Source: an uncultured Poribacteria bacterium (GTDB lineage: Bacteria > Poribacteria > WGA-4E > WGA-3G). Taken from it: 64,000 bases of DNA. The notes beneath the pieces were generated by a model. The model searched no databases and was not told where the DNA came from. It saw nothing but the letters and a program-made list of their open reading frames with translations. The position numbers were made by a program, and so were the translations under genes. Shown piece by piece: positions 49,402 to 58,072 of this stretch (its first letter is position 1; each line of letters begins with the position of its first letter). Location of the stretch: assembly GCA_951813565.1 (NCBI GenBank), contig OX638351.1, forward strand, positions 800,001 to 864,000, in the 5' to 3' direction.

Positions 49402-52401
49402 ATGAAATTTTTGCGATATAGTCTTTTATTTACGATCTTAGCATTCACTGCGCTATCAGTAAATGCAGGTGTAGAGTGGAAAGCACTTGATGTCGGAAAT
49501 CTATCGTCCGCTATATTCAACACTGCAGTCGTCGGCTATCCCAGCAATCCGACACAAAATCCTTCAGGATGGTGGCCCGCAGGAACAAACGATTCCTACA
49601 TATATGAAGGGGACATCTGGATCGGCGCGAAAAAGAATGGCGAAGTCGGCGTTGCTGAGGCAGACGGTAGACAGAGCGAAATTTGGCCAGTTCCAATTGA
49701 AGATCCAGATACTGGTGCTTCAGTTGATATTCTTTCCAAAAAACCCGGTGTAACAACAAAAGGAACACCGACAAACCAATTGATTAGATTCAAATGTTCC
49801 GACACCAACCCAGAAGTTAATAAAGGGTTGATCCTCGGTTTAGAAATTGAAGTCAACGGATTCCAGTGGAGTTATGCTCCACTCTACGACTTCTTTATTC
49901 TTGAGTATAACGTCAAAAATGTTGGGGAAGACACGCTCGAAGATGTGTTTATGGCGTTTCGGTATGACGTGGATATTTCCAGTAACGAAACAGGGACAGC
50001 AAGTTACTCAGCAGATGACTTTGTCGCTTTAGACCAAACGCCGGACGGTCTAAATCCAGATGATCATCCGAACCGTTACCTCTCTTACGGGTTTTCCAAT
50101 GCGTCTGCACCAGGATACATCGGTTTACGCGTATTGGATGCATATATGGGCGATGACGCAGCGGATGATGCGGCTAAAATCCCTTTTACCGCGCACAAAC
50201 GAATTACCATAGACACAGACCCAACAATTGATGCAGAGATGTACGCGCTCATCAGCACCCCTGGCGTTGAACCGCTTCCAGCAAACTATGACGATCAACG
50301 TTTTATCCAATCCTACGGTCCAATTGAATCGCTTGCCCCTGGCGAGACATTCAACGTCATCATCGCAGTGGCTATCGGTGAAGGGCTTGCGGGTCTGCAA
50401 GCGGCATCGGATTGGGCACAGAAATTGTATGATGATGAATATGTGGCACCAGCACCGCCCCCTTCACCACTCGTAACGGCCTATCCCGCAGATGGACAAG
50501 TGTCGCTTATCTGGGAAAGTGCTGGACGATGGGTTGATAACGGTGTTGATAAAGGCATTGAAGAGTATGTTGACGTAACCGACCCAGAGAAAATCTTTGA
50601 AGGCTACAGAGTTTATAGACGGGATACCGCTTACGATGAAAATACCGGCAATCCTGTTGAAGATTGGGAATTGTTGATGGAATTCGACCAACCGAGTTCA
50701 ACCGGCAATTTCTTCACGGTCTCGCATGTCGGTAAGCAGTCGGACGCGACAATTGAAAGCATGGGGGATGAACCTTTCTTCGCTGATTTCTTCAAGAGTG
50801 CTACCTACGCTATCAAATTCAATTCCAGCACAAGTTTTGAGGTGATAAACACAACACTATGGGAAGTTATGGAATATAATGCCGAATTCCCAGCAGATGG
50901 CGGCGGGTATGTTGTAGTCAAAGATCCGGATTCAGGTGAGCCGCATCCTGACGGAACATACCGGTCTGGCGCGCAGATATATTTTGGCGGACTCTATGTA
51001 AAAATCACCGATGGTCCCTCTGGTCCGCCAGTGGCAGGTGATATTTTCCGCGTTGTTTCCACACCATCACAGGCGCTCGGTGAAGACGTAGGTATCAAGA
51101 ATTTCTTTACTGATACAGGATTGACAAACGGTCTCCAATATACCTACGCGGTTACCTCTTACGATACAGGTAATCCCAAAAAAGGATTGCCAGCGATGGA
51201 AAGTAGTCAAATCGAGACAATGGTTCATGTTGTGCCACGCGCGCAACCTGCGGGGTATAGAGCACCTACTGTTGATGTGGAAGGACAAGAAAAGTTAGCC
51301 GTCACCGTTGAACCAATGGTGCTTGAACCGAAGAAAGTTACGGGACATGAATATAAGATTGTTTGGTATGGTGCTAAACAAACTGATGCCGGTGCATATA
51401 TCACAGGTCCAGGATACCAACCCCCCGCTTATGAGATTGTTGACACTGTAACAAATCAAACCGTAGTGGACAAGCAAACTTTCGACTGGTATGATGCCAA
51501 CCACTTTGAAGCTTTTGAGGCGCGTTCCCCGATGTTTGATGGGATTATCTTGAAACTGACAGGGCGTGACGTAACTTACGGAAGTCCAGACGAAAACCCA
51601 GTTAATGACGTTAAACTGACAGCAGGCACAGTCACAGATTGGTCAGTAAACATCGAATCTCCAGGCGCTGGCGAAAACACGTGGCCCAATATCTTTTGGG
51701 CAACCTATTATCGTCCCCATACCTATTCTATTACGTTTACTGACGATACACACGTCAAGGTGGTAGATGAAGATACGGGTGAAGAAATTCAATTCAATGA
51801 CCAACGTGCAGATGGGTATGCGATCCTAACCGCTGCAGGTTGGAGCGATGAATATAAACCTGGAGATACAGAAGGTTATTTCCGCATTTTCATACGCGGT
51901 GCCTACGTCTATATTTTTGACCCTAACGGCGAAATTTCCGCTGGTGATGTATTCACTGTTGAAATGGGGGGTGTTGCAGCACCACAAGACGGAGACGAAC
52001 TGTTGTTGAAAACACAAGGTGAGTCGCTTGCTGCTGAAGACATCGAAGCCGATCTTGGAAAAATCCGCGTCGTGCCAAACCCATACTTTGTCACGAACAG
52101 AGCGGTAACTTCTGAAGGAACAGATAAGGTTTTTTTCACACATCTGCCACCACGATGCACAATACGTATCTATACGTTGGTGGGAGAATTAGTGCGGGAA
52201 ATCAAACACGAAAGTGACGCTCCTTTTAACCCAGATGAACGTTTAGCACAGGGTGATAAGGGTGGCACGGCAGAGTTTGATCTGCTCAACCGCTATAATC
52301 AGGCACTGGCAAGTGGTGTTTATATCTTCCATGTTGAAGCACAGGACGAAAGCAACAATGTCATCGGAAATAAAATCGGACGGTTTGCCATCATACGATA
52401 A
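49402..52401 (+). CDS. Large secreted protein with FN3-like segments and a T9SS/FlgD-like C-terminal domain
   Basis: Signal peptide; 'APPPSP', 'FEGYRVYR', 'LTNGLQYTYAVTSYD'; CTD 'IRVVPNPY...FTHLP..CTIRIYT..GELVR...ASGVYIFHV...GRFAIIR'. Confidence 0.82.
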   Translation: MKFLRYSLLFTILAFTALSVNAGVEWKALDVGNLSSAIFNTAVVGYPSNPTQNPSGWWPAGTNDSYIYEGDIWIGAKKNGEVGVAEADGRQSEIWPVPIEDPDTGASVDILSKKPGVTTKGTPTNQLIRFKCSDTNPEVNKGLILGLEIEVNGFQWSYAPLYDFFILEYNVKNVGEDTLEDVFMAFRYDVDISSNETGTASYSADDFVALDQTPDGLNPDDHPNRYLSYGFSNASAPGYIGLRVLDAYMGDDAADDAAKIPFTAHKRITIDTDPTIDAEMYALISTPGVEPLPANYDDQRFIQSYGPIESLAPGETFNVIIAVAIGEGLAGLQAASDWAQKLYDDEYVAPAPPPSPLVTAYPADGQVSLIWESAGRWVDNGVDKGIEEYVDVTDPEKIFEGYRVYRRDTAYDENTGNPVEDWELLMEFDQPSSTGNFFTVSHVGKQSDATIESMGDEPFFADFFKSATYAIKFNSSTSFEVINTTLWEVMEYNAEFPADGGGYVVVKDPDSGEPHPDGTYRSGAQIYFGGLYVKITDGPSGPPVAGDIFRVVSTPSQALGEDVGIKNFFTDTGLTNGLQYTYAVTSYDTGNPKKGLPAMESSQIETMVHVVPRAQPAGYRAPTVDVEGQEKLAVTVEPMVLEPKKVTGHEYKIVWYGAKQTDAGAYITGPGYQPPAYEIVDTVTNQTVVDKQTFDWYDANHFEAFEARSPMFDGIILKLTGRDVTYGSPDENPVNDVKLTAGTVTDWSVNIESPGAGENTWPNIFWATYYRPHTYSITFTDDTHVKVVDEDTGEEIQFNDQRADGYAILTAAGWSDEYKPGDTEGYFRIFIRGAYVYIFDPNGEISAGDVFTVEMGGVAAPQDGDELLLKTQGESLAAEDIEADLGKIRVVPNPYFVTNRAVTSEGTDKVFFTHLPPRCTIRIYTLVGELVREIKHESDAPFNPDERLAQGDKGGTAEFDLLNRYNQALASGVYIFHVEAQDESNNVIGNKIGRFAIIR

Positions 52402-52427
52402 AGGTACCCACGCTTTAGGAGAAACAC

Positions 52428-53573
52428 ATGCACAATACTAAATTTTCTCAGAAATTACAGGACTATAAGACAGCAAAGGGACAAAAGGCACACGTGCCGC
52501 GTAACCATACTCCCTTGCTTTCATTCTTGCTCATCGTGGCGGTTATATTTTCGTTAACGTGTCCCAGTTATGCGACTACGAATGTGGGAACTGCGGGAGC
52601 ACAATTTCTTAAAATAGGACCCGGGGCACGGGTAGACAGCTTAGGCGGTGCCTTCGGCGCAATCGCTAACGATGTCACCACTATCTATTGGAATCCAGCG
52701 GGGTTAAGTCAACTTGAAAAGACAAGTTTTTCGGATACGCACACGATATGGCTTGCGGATGTTCGATACAACTATCTCGCATTCGCTACGCCGATAGAAA
52801 AGGTCGGCACATTGGGAGCGAGTGTTACTTTCCTCAATGTCCCAGACACAGAAATCACAACCCTTGCGAAACCGGATGGCACGGGGCTTTGGTATTCAGC
52901 ATGGGATACTGCGGTGTCGTTAGCGTATTCAAGGGAACTCTATCAGAAAGAATCGGGTGCTAATCTCTCATTTGGTATCAATGCCAAATATATCCATCAG
53001 CAGATTCACCGAGAAAGTGCAAGGGGCATGGCTATTGATATTGGCACTTTATACCACACAGGTTGGCGGAGTTTACGCATCGGCATGTCTTTCTCAAACT
53101 TTGGACCTGAGATGAGTTTTAGCGGTCCCGACCTTGAGACTGGTGTTGAAGAAGCAGGCGATGAACGAACAGCGGATTATCACCCATACCCAGATACGAC
53201 AAACCCAACGCGAAAAGCGGAGTTGGAAACTATAGAATATCCGCTGCCATCCAATTTCCGTCTCGGTGTCGCCTACGACTTAATTGATAATGAAAGCAAC
53301 CTTCTCACGATTGCGCTTGATGGCAACCATCCGAATGATAATAGCGAACGCCTAAACCTTGGCTTAGAATACTGGTACAGAAAGATGGCGGCAATTCGTG
53401 CGGGTTACAAATTCCGCTTAGGTCCAGATCGCAGCGATGATGAAGAGGGACTTACGCTCGGTTTAGGGATACACCTAAAGTTCCGACAAACGACGCTTTC
53501 TCTTGATTACGCATTTGCTGACTTTGGGTATCTGCAAAATGCACATCGTGTCAGTTTGGGATTAAATTTTTAG
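52428..53573 (+). CDS. PorV/PorQ-family outer-membrane beta-barrel
   Basis: 'GTAGAQFLKIGPGAR', 'IYWNPAGL', 'LDYAFADFGYL..AHRVSL', C-terminal Phe. Confidence 0.88.
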   Translation: MHNTKFSQKLQDYKTAKGQKAHVPRNHTPLLSFLLIVAVIFSLTCPSYATTNVGTAGAQFLKIGPGARVDSLGGAFGAIANDVTTIYWNPAGLSQLEKTSFSDTHTIWLADVRYNYLAFATPIEKVGTLGASVTFLNVPDTEITTLAKPDGTGLWYSAWDTAVSLAYSRELYQKESGANLSFGINAKYIHQQIHRESARGMAIDIGTLYHTGWRSLRIGMSFSNFGPEMSFSGPDLETGVEEAGDERTADYHPYPDTTNPTRKAELETIEYPLPSNFRLGVAYDLIDNESNLLTIALDGNHPNDNSERLNLGLEYWYRKMAAIRAGYKFRLGPDRSDDEEGLTLGLGIHLKFRQTTLSLDYAFADFGYLQNAHRVSLGLNF

Positions 53574-53613
53574 ACGTAACAACAGCAATATCTGTAAAAA
53601 CAGGAGAGATATA

Positions 53614-53826
53614 ATGAAAACCTGTCCCTTTACGGCAAGCATCTCCCAAGAAGGAAAATGGTTTGTGGTACAATGTTTAGAGGTAGATGTTGCAAGTCAA
53701 GGTAAAAGTGAAGACGAAGCAATTGACAACCTCAGAGAAGCGTTAGAACTTTATTTTGAGACACCTCATCCCACTGTGATGCCGAAACTTCGGAAATTTA
53801 AGGCTAACATTGGTAATATGGTGTAA
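53614..53826 (+). CDS. HicB-family antitoxin, no hicA
   Basis: 'FTASISQEGKWFVVQCLEVDVASQGKSEDEAIDNLREALELYFE'. Confidence 0.85.
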   Translation: MKTCPFTASISQEGKWFVVQCLEVDVASQGKSEDEAIDNLREALELYFETPHPTVMPKLRKFKANIGNMV

Positions 53827-53896
53827 TTTAACAACATAATGGTTTAGCAAGAAGAACCATGCGATCTAACGAGTACCTAAAGAGGAGAAAGGATCA

Positions 53897-54057
53897 ATGG
53901 CAAACGAACGTCTAACAATTGAGGAAATGGATCAGGAAGACTCGTTGCGCATAGTAAATCGCGTAAGGAGATACGCGATATTTCAATGAACTACGCGGGA
54001 CGAATCGCAGTGCATTCTACACGCAAAACCCCAGAAGGTGTAGGGTACCTCTTGTAA
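53897..54057 (+). pseudogene. Internally deleted copy of the small protein at 57011..57238
   Basis: 'MANERLTIEEM' joined out of frame to 'SGRLVAHSKSRKEI...GVGYLL*'. Confidence 0.75.
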
Positions 54058-54453
54058 TGGCAAGAATATCATTTGATAGTACACGCCACCTAATTGCCCT
54101 TAGTCTTGAAGTCGGCGATAAATACTGATAATGTCCAAACTTTTTCTGTTGCTTTGGATACGGGTGCTTCAATTACAACTATTCCACCACAAGTTGCCAC
54201 AGATTTAGGATACGATCTTTCAAATCCAAAGCAAGAGGTTGATATTCTCGCAAGCAACGGCATTTTTACTGCAAAAATCATTACCGTGCGCAAATTAACC
54301 GCAATTGGTGAAACTGTTGAAGATATTGATGTTTTATGCCATGACTTACCTGAAGATTCAATAGTTGAAGGACTGTTAAGCTTGAATTTTCTTCAGCATT
54401 TTGATATTAATATCTCGTTTTCAACAGGGACTATTGAAATTTACTCCAAGTAA
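54057..54453 (+). pseudogene. Retropepsin-like aspartic protease, frameshifted near the N-terminus
   Basis: 'MARISFDSTRHLIALSLEVG' shifts into 'INTDNVQTFSVALDTGAS...GLLSLNFL'; TAATG coupling to the upstream gene. Confidence 0.75.
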
Positions 54454-54475
54454 TTTGCTTCTGAAAACATCAAAC

Positions 54476-55933
54476 ATGGCGAATAAACCCAACATCGTTT
54501 ACCTCCTCACAGATCAAATTCGTGCGTGCTCATTGCCAGTATATGGCGAAAAACAGATTGAAACACCACACATTGACCGACTCGCACAAGAAGGCACCGT
54601 CTTTTCAAACGCAGTTGCCACCGCACCTGTCTGCACCCCCTATCGCTCCATGCTACTCACCGGACGACACCCACAGACAACCGGTCATCTCATCAATTTC
54701 GTTAGAACCCGACACGATGAAATCGGACTCGGTGATGTTTTTAGCCGAAACGGATATCGGACAGCGTGGGTCGGCAAATGGCATCTCCACACAGGTTCAT
54801 TCCCAGAAATCGGTGGACGCGATTATGTCCCCGAAGGACGCGACAGACTTGGATTCCAACACTGGCGGGGTTACAACTTTCACACCGACTATTTCAACGG
54901 CACTGTAAATCTTGACGGTTGGCGAAACGAAAGATGGAAAGGATATGAGACTGACGCGCTGAACCGATACGCCTTTCAATTTTTGGACGAAGCTCGCAAG
55001 CCAAAACTTGCTGTTAAAAGTATGGATGATATGGACGACAATACGCCATTTTGTCTGTTTATCTCTCCGCATCAAGCGCATTCCACACCGTACGACTTTG
55101 CACCGCAAAAATATTATAACCGCCTCCCCGAAAAACTCCAACTACCTGAAAACGTGCCAGAGAAGCAGCGAGAACAATCCTTAAAAATATACCGACACTA
55201 CCTCGCCATGACGTTAGCAGTAGACGATATGCTTGGGGATTTGATGGCTTACTTGGAAAAAACGGGACGTGTAGAAAATACACTACTCATTTTCGGATCA
55301 GACCACGGCACGCAGGGTGGCGCACAAGGCATCAATTTCTGGGCAAAGAAAAAACCTTATGAGGAATCAATCAAAGTGCCACTCATCATGCGGCTCCCCG
55401 GTGTCTTTGAAGACAATCGCACCTGTGACACGCTCACATCTCCCGTAGACCTATTTCCATCGCTCTGCGGTTTATGTGGAATTCAACCTCCTCGAACAGT
55501 GGAAGGCTATGATTTGTCCGCATCTTGGCGTGGTGAAACGGATGCATTTGAACAGGACGCTATCCTGACGATGAACTTCGGTGCAACCTACGATTATCTC
55601 GTTGATGGCGACGAATGGCGCGGTGTCCGTACAAAAACGCATAGCTACGCTCGGTGGCTTGACGGTCCACGTATGCTATATGACATAGAAACAGACCCGC
55701 TCCAAATGAACAATCTGATTGACGATCCCGAAGCAGAACCGTTAGCAGATGAAATGGAGAACACCCTTCAAAATCTGATGGACTCCCGAAATGACAAACT
55801 CCAACCTGCCACAAGCTACACGGATTGGTATGACGCACAACGCCGCATCGTCCGTAACGCCCACGGTCCCCTCGGTGACCCCGAAGACGAACCGGATTGG
55901 TCACTACTAAACAGATTTGACAGTCCCTACTAA
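54476..55933 (+). CDS. Sulfatase (formylglycine-dependent, Cys type)
   Basis: 'KPNIVYLLTDQ', 'CTPYRSMLLTG', 'GKWHL', 'SDHG'. Confidence 0.95.
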   Translation: MANKPNIVYLLTDQIRACSLPVYGEKQIETPHIDRLAQEGTVFSNAVATAPVCTPYRSMLLTGRHPQTTGHLINFVRTRHDEIGLGDVFSRNGYRTAWVGKWHLHTGSFPEIGGRDYVPEGRDRLGFQHWRGYNFHTDYFNGTVNLDGWRNERWKGYETDALNRYAFQFLDEARKPKLAVKSMDDMDDNTPFCLFISPHQAHSTPYDFAPQKYYNRLPEKLQLPENVPEKQREQSLKIYRHYLAMTLAVDDMLGDLMAYLEKTGRVENTLLIFGSDHGTQGGAQGINFWAKKKPYEESIKVPLIMRLPGVFEDNRTCDTLTSPVDLFPSLCGLCGIQPPRTVEGYDLSASWRGETDAFEQDAILTMNFGATYDYLVDGDEWRGVRTKTHSYARWLDGPRMLYDIETDPLQMNNLIDDPEAEPLADEMENTLQNLMDSRNDKLQPATSYTDWYDAQRRIVRNAHGPLGDPEDEPDWSLLNRFDSPY

Positions 55934-55937
55934 AATA

Positions 55938-56089
55938 ACCTAAGTTGCTACGAACAAGATTTCAAGCTTGTAGACATTGCTTTTTACTGAAAAACAAGGA
56001 TTTCCAGCTAATTCTTATGCTTTCTTTTTTAAATCGGGGTTAGAAACCCCTCCTACAAGAGCATTCGCGATATAGGTAGCAACTTAGGT
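55938..56089. mobile_element. 152-bp MITE (copy 2) with a 7-bp target duplication
   Basis: Perfect 14-bp TIR ACCTAAGTTGCTAC; TAAAATA at 55931-55937 and 56090-56096; internal REP ggggttagaaacccctcctac. Confidence 0.92.
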
Positions 56090-56226
56090 TAAAATAGGGT
56101 ATAATGCTATCAACTTTAGTGGATATGTCCTTGAAGGAAACGTAAAATTGACATATCAACGCCTCATTGGACTAATCCACATGTTGTTTTAGAAATATTT
56201 CAGACAAATTATATGGAGGGAATACC

Positions 56227-56982
56227 TTGACACTCACCAAGTTGAACGAAAACACGGCAGCCATGAAAAAAATACGTTCTGCCCCGACAGTCGTCTATCC
56301 CTCTTCAGACGGTGAACCCATGGCAGAAACAGAAAGACATCGGAGAGCATTGGAAGACCTTGTAGATATGGTGGATAGGCATTTTCGAGACGTACCGGAC
56401 GTACATGTGTCTGGAAATCTGCTCCTCTACTATGAGGAGGGCGATCCTCATAAAGTTATTTCTCCAGATGTGTTCATGGTGCGCGGTGTCTCAAAAAAAG
56501 AGCTCCGAACCTATAAAACGTGGGAACAGTCCCCTACACTTGATTTTGTGATAGAACTCGCAAGTCCCAGCACTTTTACAAGGGATTTCAAAGAAAAGAA
56601 GGAGATTTACGCGAAGATCCTGCAAGTCCAAGAGTATTATATCTATGATCCATATCATGAAATAGAGCCGTCTTTCGTCGGTTTCCGGCTGATTGATGGA
56701 GAATATGAGGAGATAGCGTTCATAGATGGCCGGCTGCCATCTGAGGTCCTCGGTTTAGAGTTAGGTGAGCGAGAGGGTGCTCTGCGGCTGTATAACCCTA
56801 ACACGCGAACGTGGTTAGAACCTTCTCGGGACCGAGCTGCCAAGGCAGAAACCCGCGCGCAAGATGCAGAAACCCGCGCGTTGGAGGCTGAAAGGTTGGC
56901 ACAAGAAGAAGCGCAAGCACGGCAAAACGTTGAAGCCGAACTTGCAAAAGCACAGGAAGTTCTCAAACGCCTACAACAGTAG
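56227..56982 (+). CDS. Uma2-family (DUF820) putative endonuclease
   Basis: 'YPSSDGEPMAET', 'SPDVFMV', 'FVIELASPST', 'EYYIYDP'; coiled-coil tail. Confidence 0.92.
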   Translation: MTLTKLNENTAAMKKIRSAPTVVYPSSDGEPMAETERHRRALEDLVDMVDRHFRDVPDVHVSGNLLLYYEEGDPHKVISPDVFMVRGVSKKELRTYKTWEQSPTLDFVIELASPSTFTRDFKEKKEIYAKILQVQEYYIYDPYHEIEPSFVGFRLIDGEYEEIAFIDGRLPSEVLGLELGEREGALRLYNPNTRTWLEPSRDRAAKAETRAQDAETRALEAERLAQEEAQARQNVEAELAKAQEVLKRLQQ

Positions 56983-57010
56983 AAACGCGTTTGAAAAGGT
57001 GTAAACATAA

Positions 57011-57238
57011 ATGTCTAACGAACGCCTTACACTTGAAGAAATGGAACAGAAATATCCTGACGAATGGTTGTTCATCGTTGATTGCGAACACAGTGAAAAT
57101 ACTGAACTGTTGTCAGGGGTTGTTGCCGCTCATAGTGAATCCAGAGACGATATTTATGAAGTCTCTGGCCACTATAAAGGCGGTGCAGCGATACATTTTA
57201 CAGGTAAACTTCCAAAAGGTTTCGAATATTTATTATAA
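57011..57238 (+). CDS. Small DUF5678-like protein
   Basis: 'KYPDEWLFI...GVVAAHSESRDDIY'; TAATG overlap with the protease gene. Confidence 0.7.
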   Translation: MSNERLTLEEMEQKYPDEWLFIVDCEHSENTELLSGVVAAHSESRDDIYEVSGHYKGGAAIHFTGKLPKGFEYLL

Positions 57239-57636
57239 TGGGACGCATTTCCTTTAATCCGAGAGATAGGTCAATTATCCTTCGCCTGACGGTAGGTGGT
57301 ATAAATGGGAATACCTTCAGGGATCTGCTTGCAGTTTTAGATACGGGTGCCTCAATTACCTCAATTCCAACAAAGATTGCTTTGGATTTGGGATATAACC
57401 TCTCAAACCCCGAAAGAGAAGTCGAAATTGTCACAGGCAGCGGTATTGAATCAAGGAAACTTATCACCTTGAGTAAATTGACAGCGATTGGGGAAACGCT
57501 TGAAGACATCAATGTTATATGTCATGACTTACCCGCGAAATCAGGAGTAGCAGGTCTATTAGGCTTAAATTTATTGTCGCATTTTGATGTCAACATTTCA
57601 TTCTCAACAGGAATTATTGAACTTCATCCGCACTAA
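57238..57636 (+). CDS. Retropepsin-like (clan AA) aspartic protease
   Basis: 'VLDTGASITSI', 'GLLGLNLL'. Confidence 0.9.
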   Translation: MGRISFNPRDRSIILRLTVGGINGNTFRDLLAVLDTGASITSIPTKIALDLGYNLSNPEREVEIVTGSGIESRKLITLSKLTAIGETLEDINVICHDLPAKSGVAGLLGLNLLSHFDVNISFSTGIIELHPH

Positions 57637-57725
57637 TACCAAATTACCCAAAATCGTAGGGGCGGGTCTCTGTGCCCGCCCTTACCATCGGCAGTTAAAA
57701 CAATACAATTCTCGTTAATTTGGTA
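57637..57725. mobile_element. MITE-like element (TACCA...TGGTA ends, TAA duplication) enclosing one REP
   Basis: taa|taccaaatta ... taatttggta|taa; inside, gtaggggcgggtctctgtgcccgccc. Confidence 0.65.
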
Positions 57726-57869
57726 TAACACGTTTCACAGATGGTTCCTCATAATAGCACCAAGTGTCACTGAAACTGGATCTCTCCAACCTTAACTTAT
57801 AGACATTCAGTGTGCCTAACTCTTCTATAAAGAGTGACCTTCCGGTCGCGACATCTCCTTAATACGCGC

Positions 57870-57905
57870 AATCTGAGTAATCCGTGTAAATCCGAGATTC
57901 AGACA
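57870..57905. repeat. Single arm of the 9-nt-periodic AATCCG repeat
   Basis: aatctgagtaatccgtgtaaatccgagattcagaca matches the right arm at 11599-11643. Confidence 0.6.
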
Positions 57906-58072
57906 GAAAAATGTTGAAAAGATAAATTGAATCTCTGGTAGCCGCTTTAACCCTAACTCTTGACAAATATTTACACATCGTCTCTGAAAATCCTTTGCTT
58001 AAAACCTTTCCTCATGCTACAATAAATATCCGAATCAACTAACACAAACGGAGCAAATAACAAAAAACAGAT

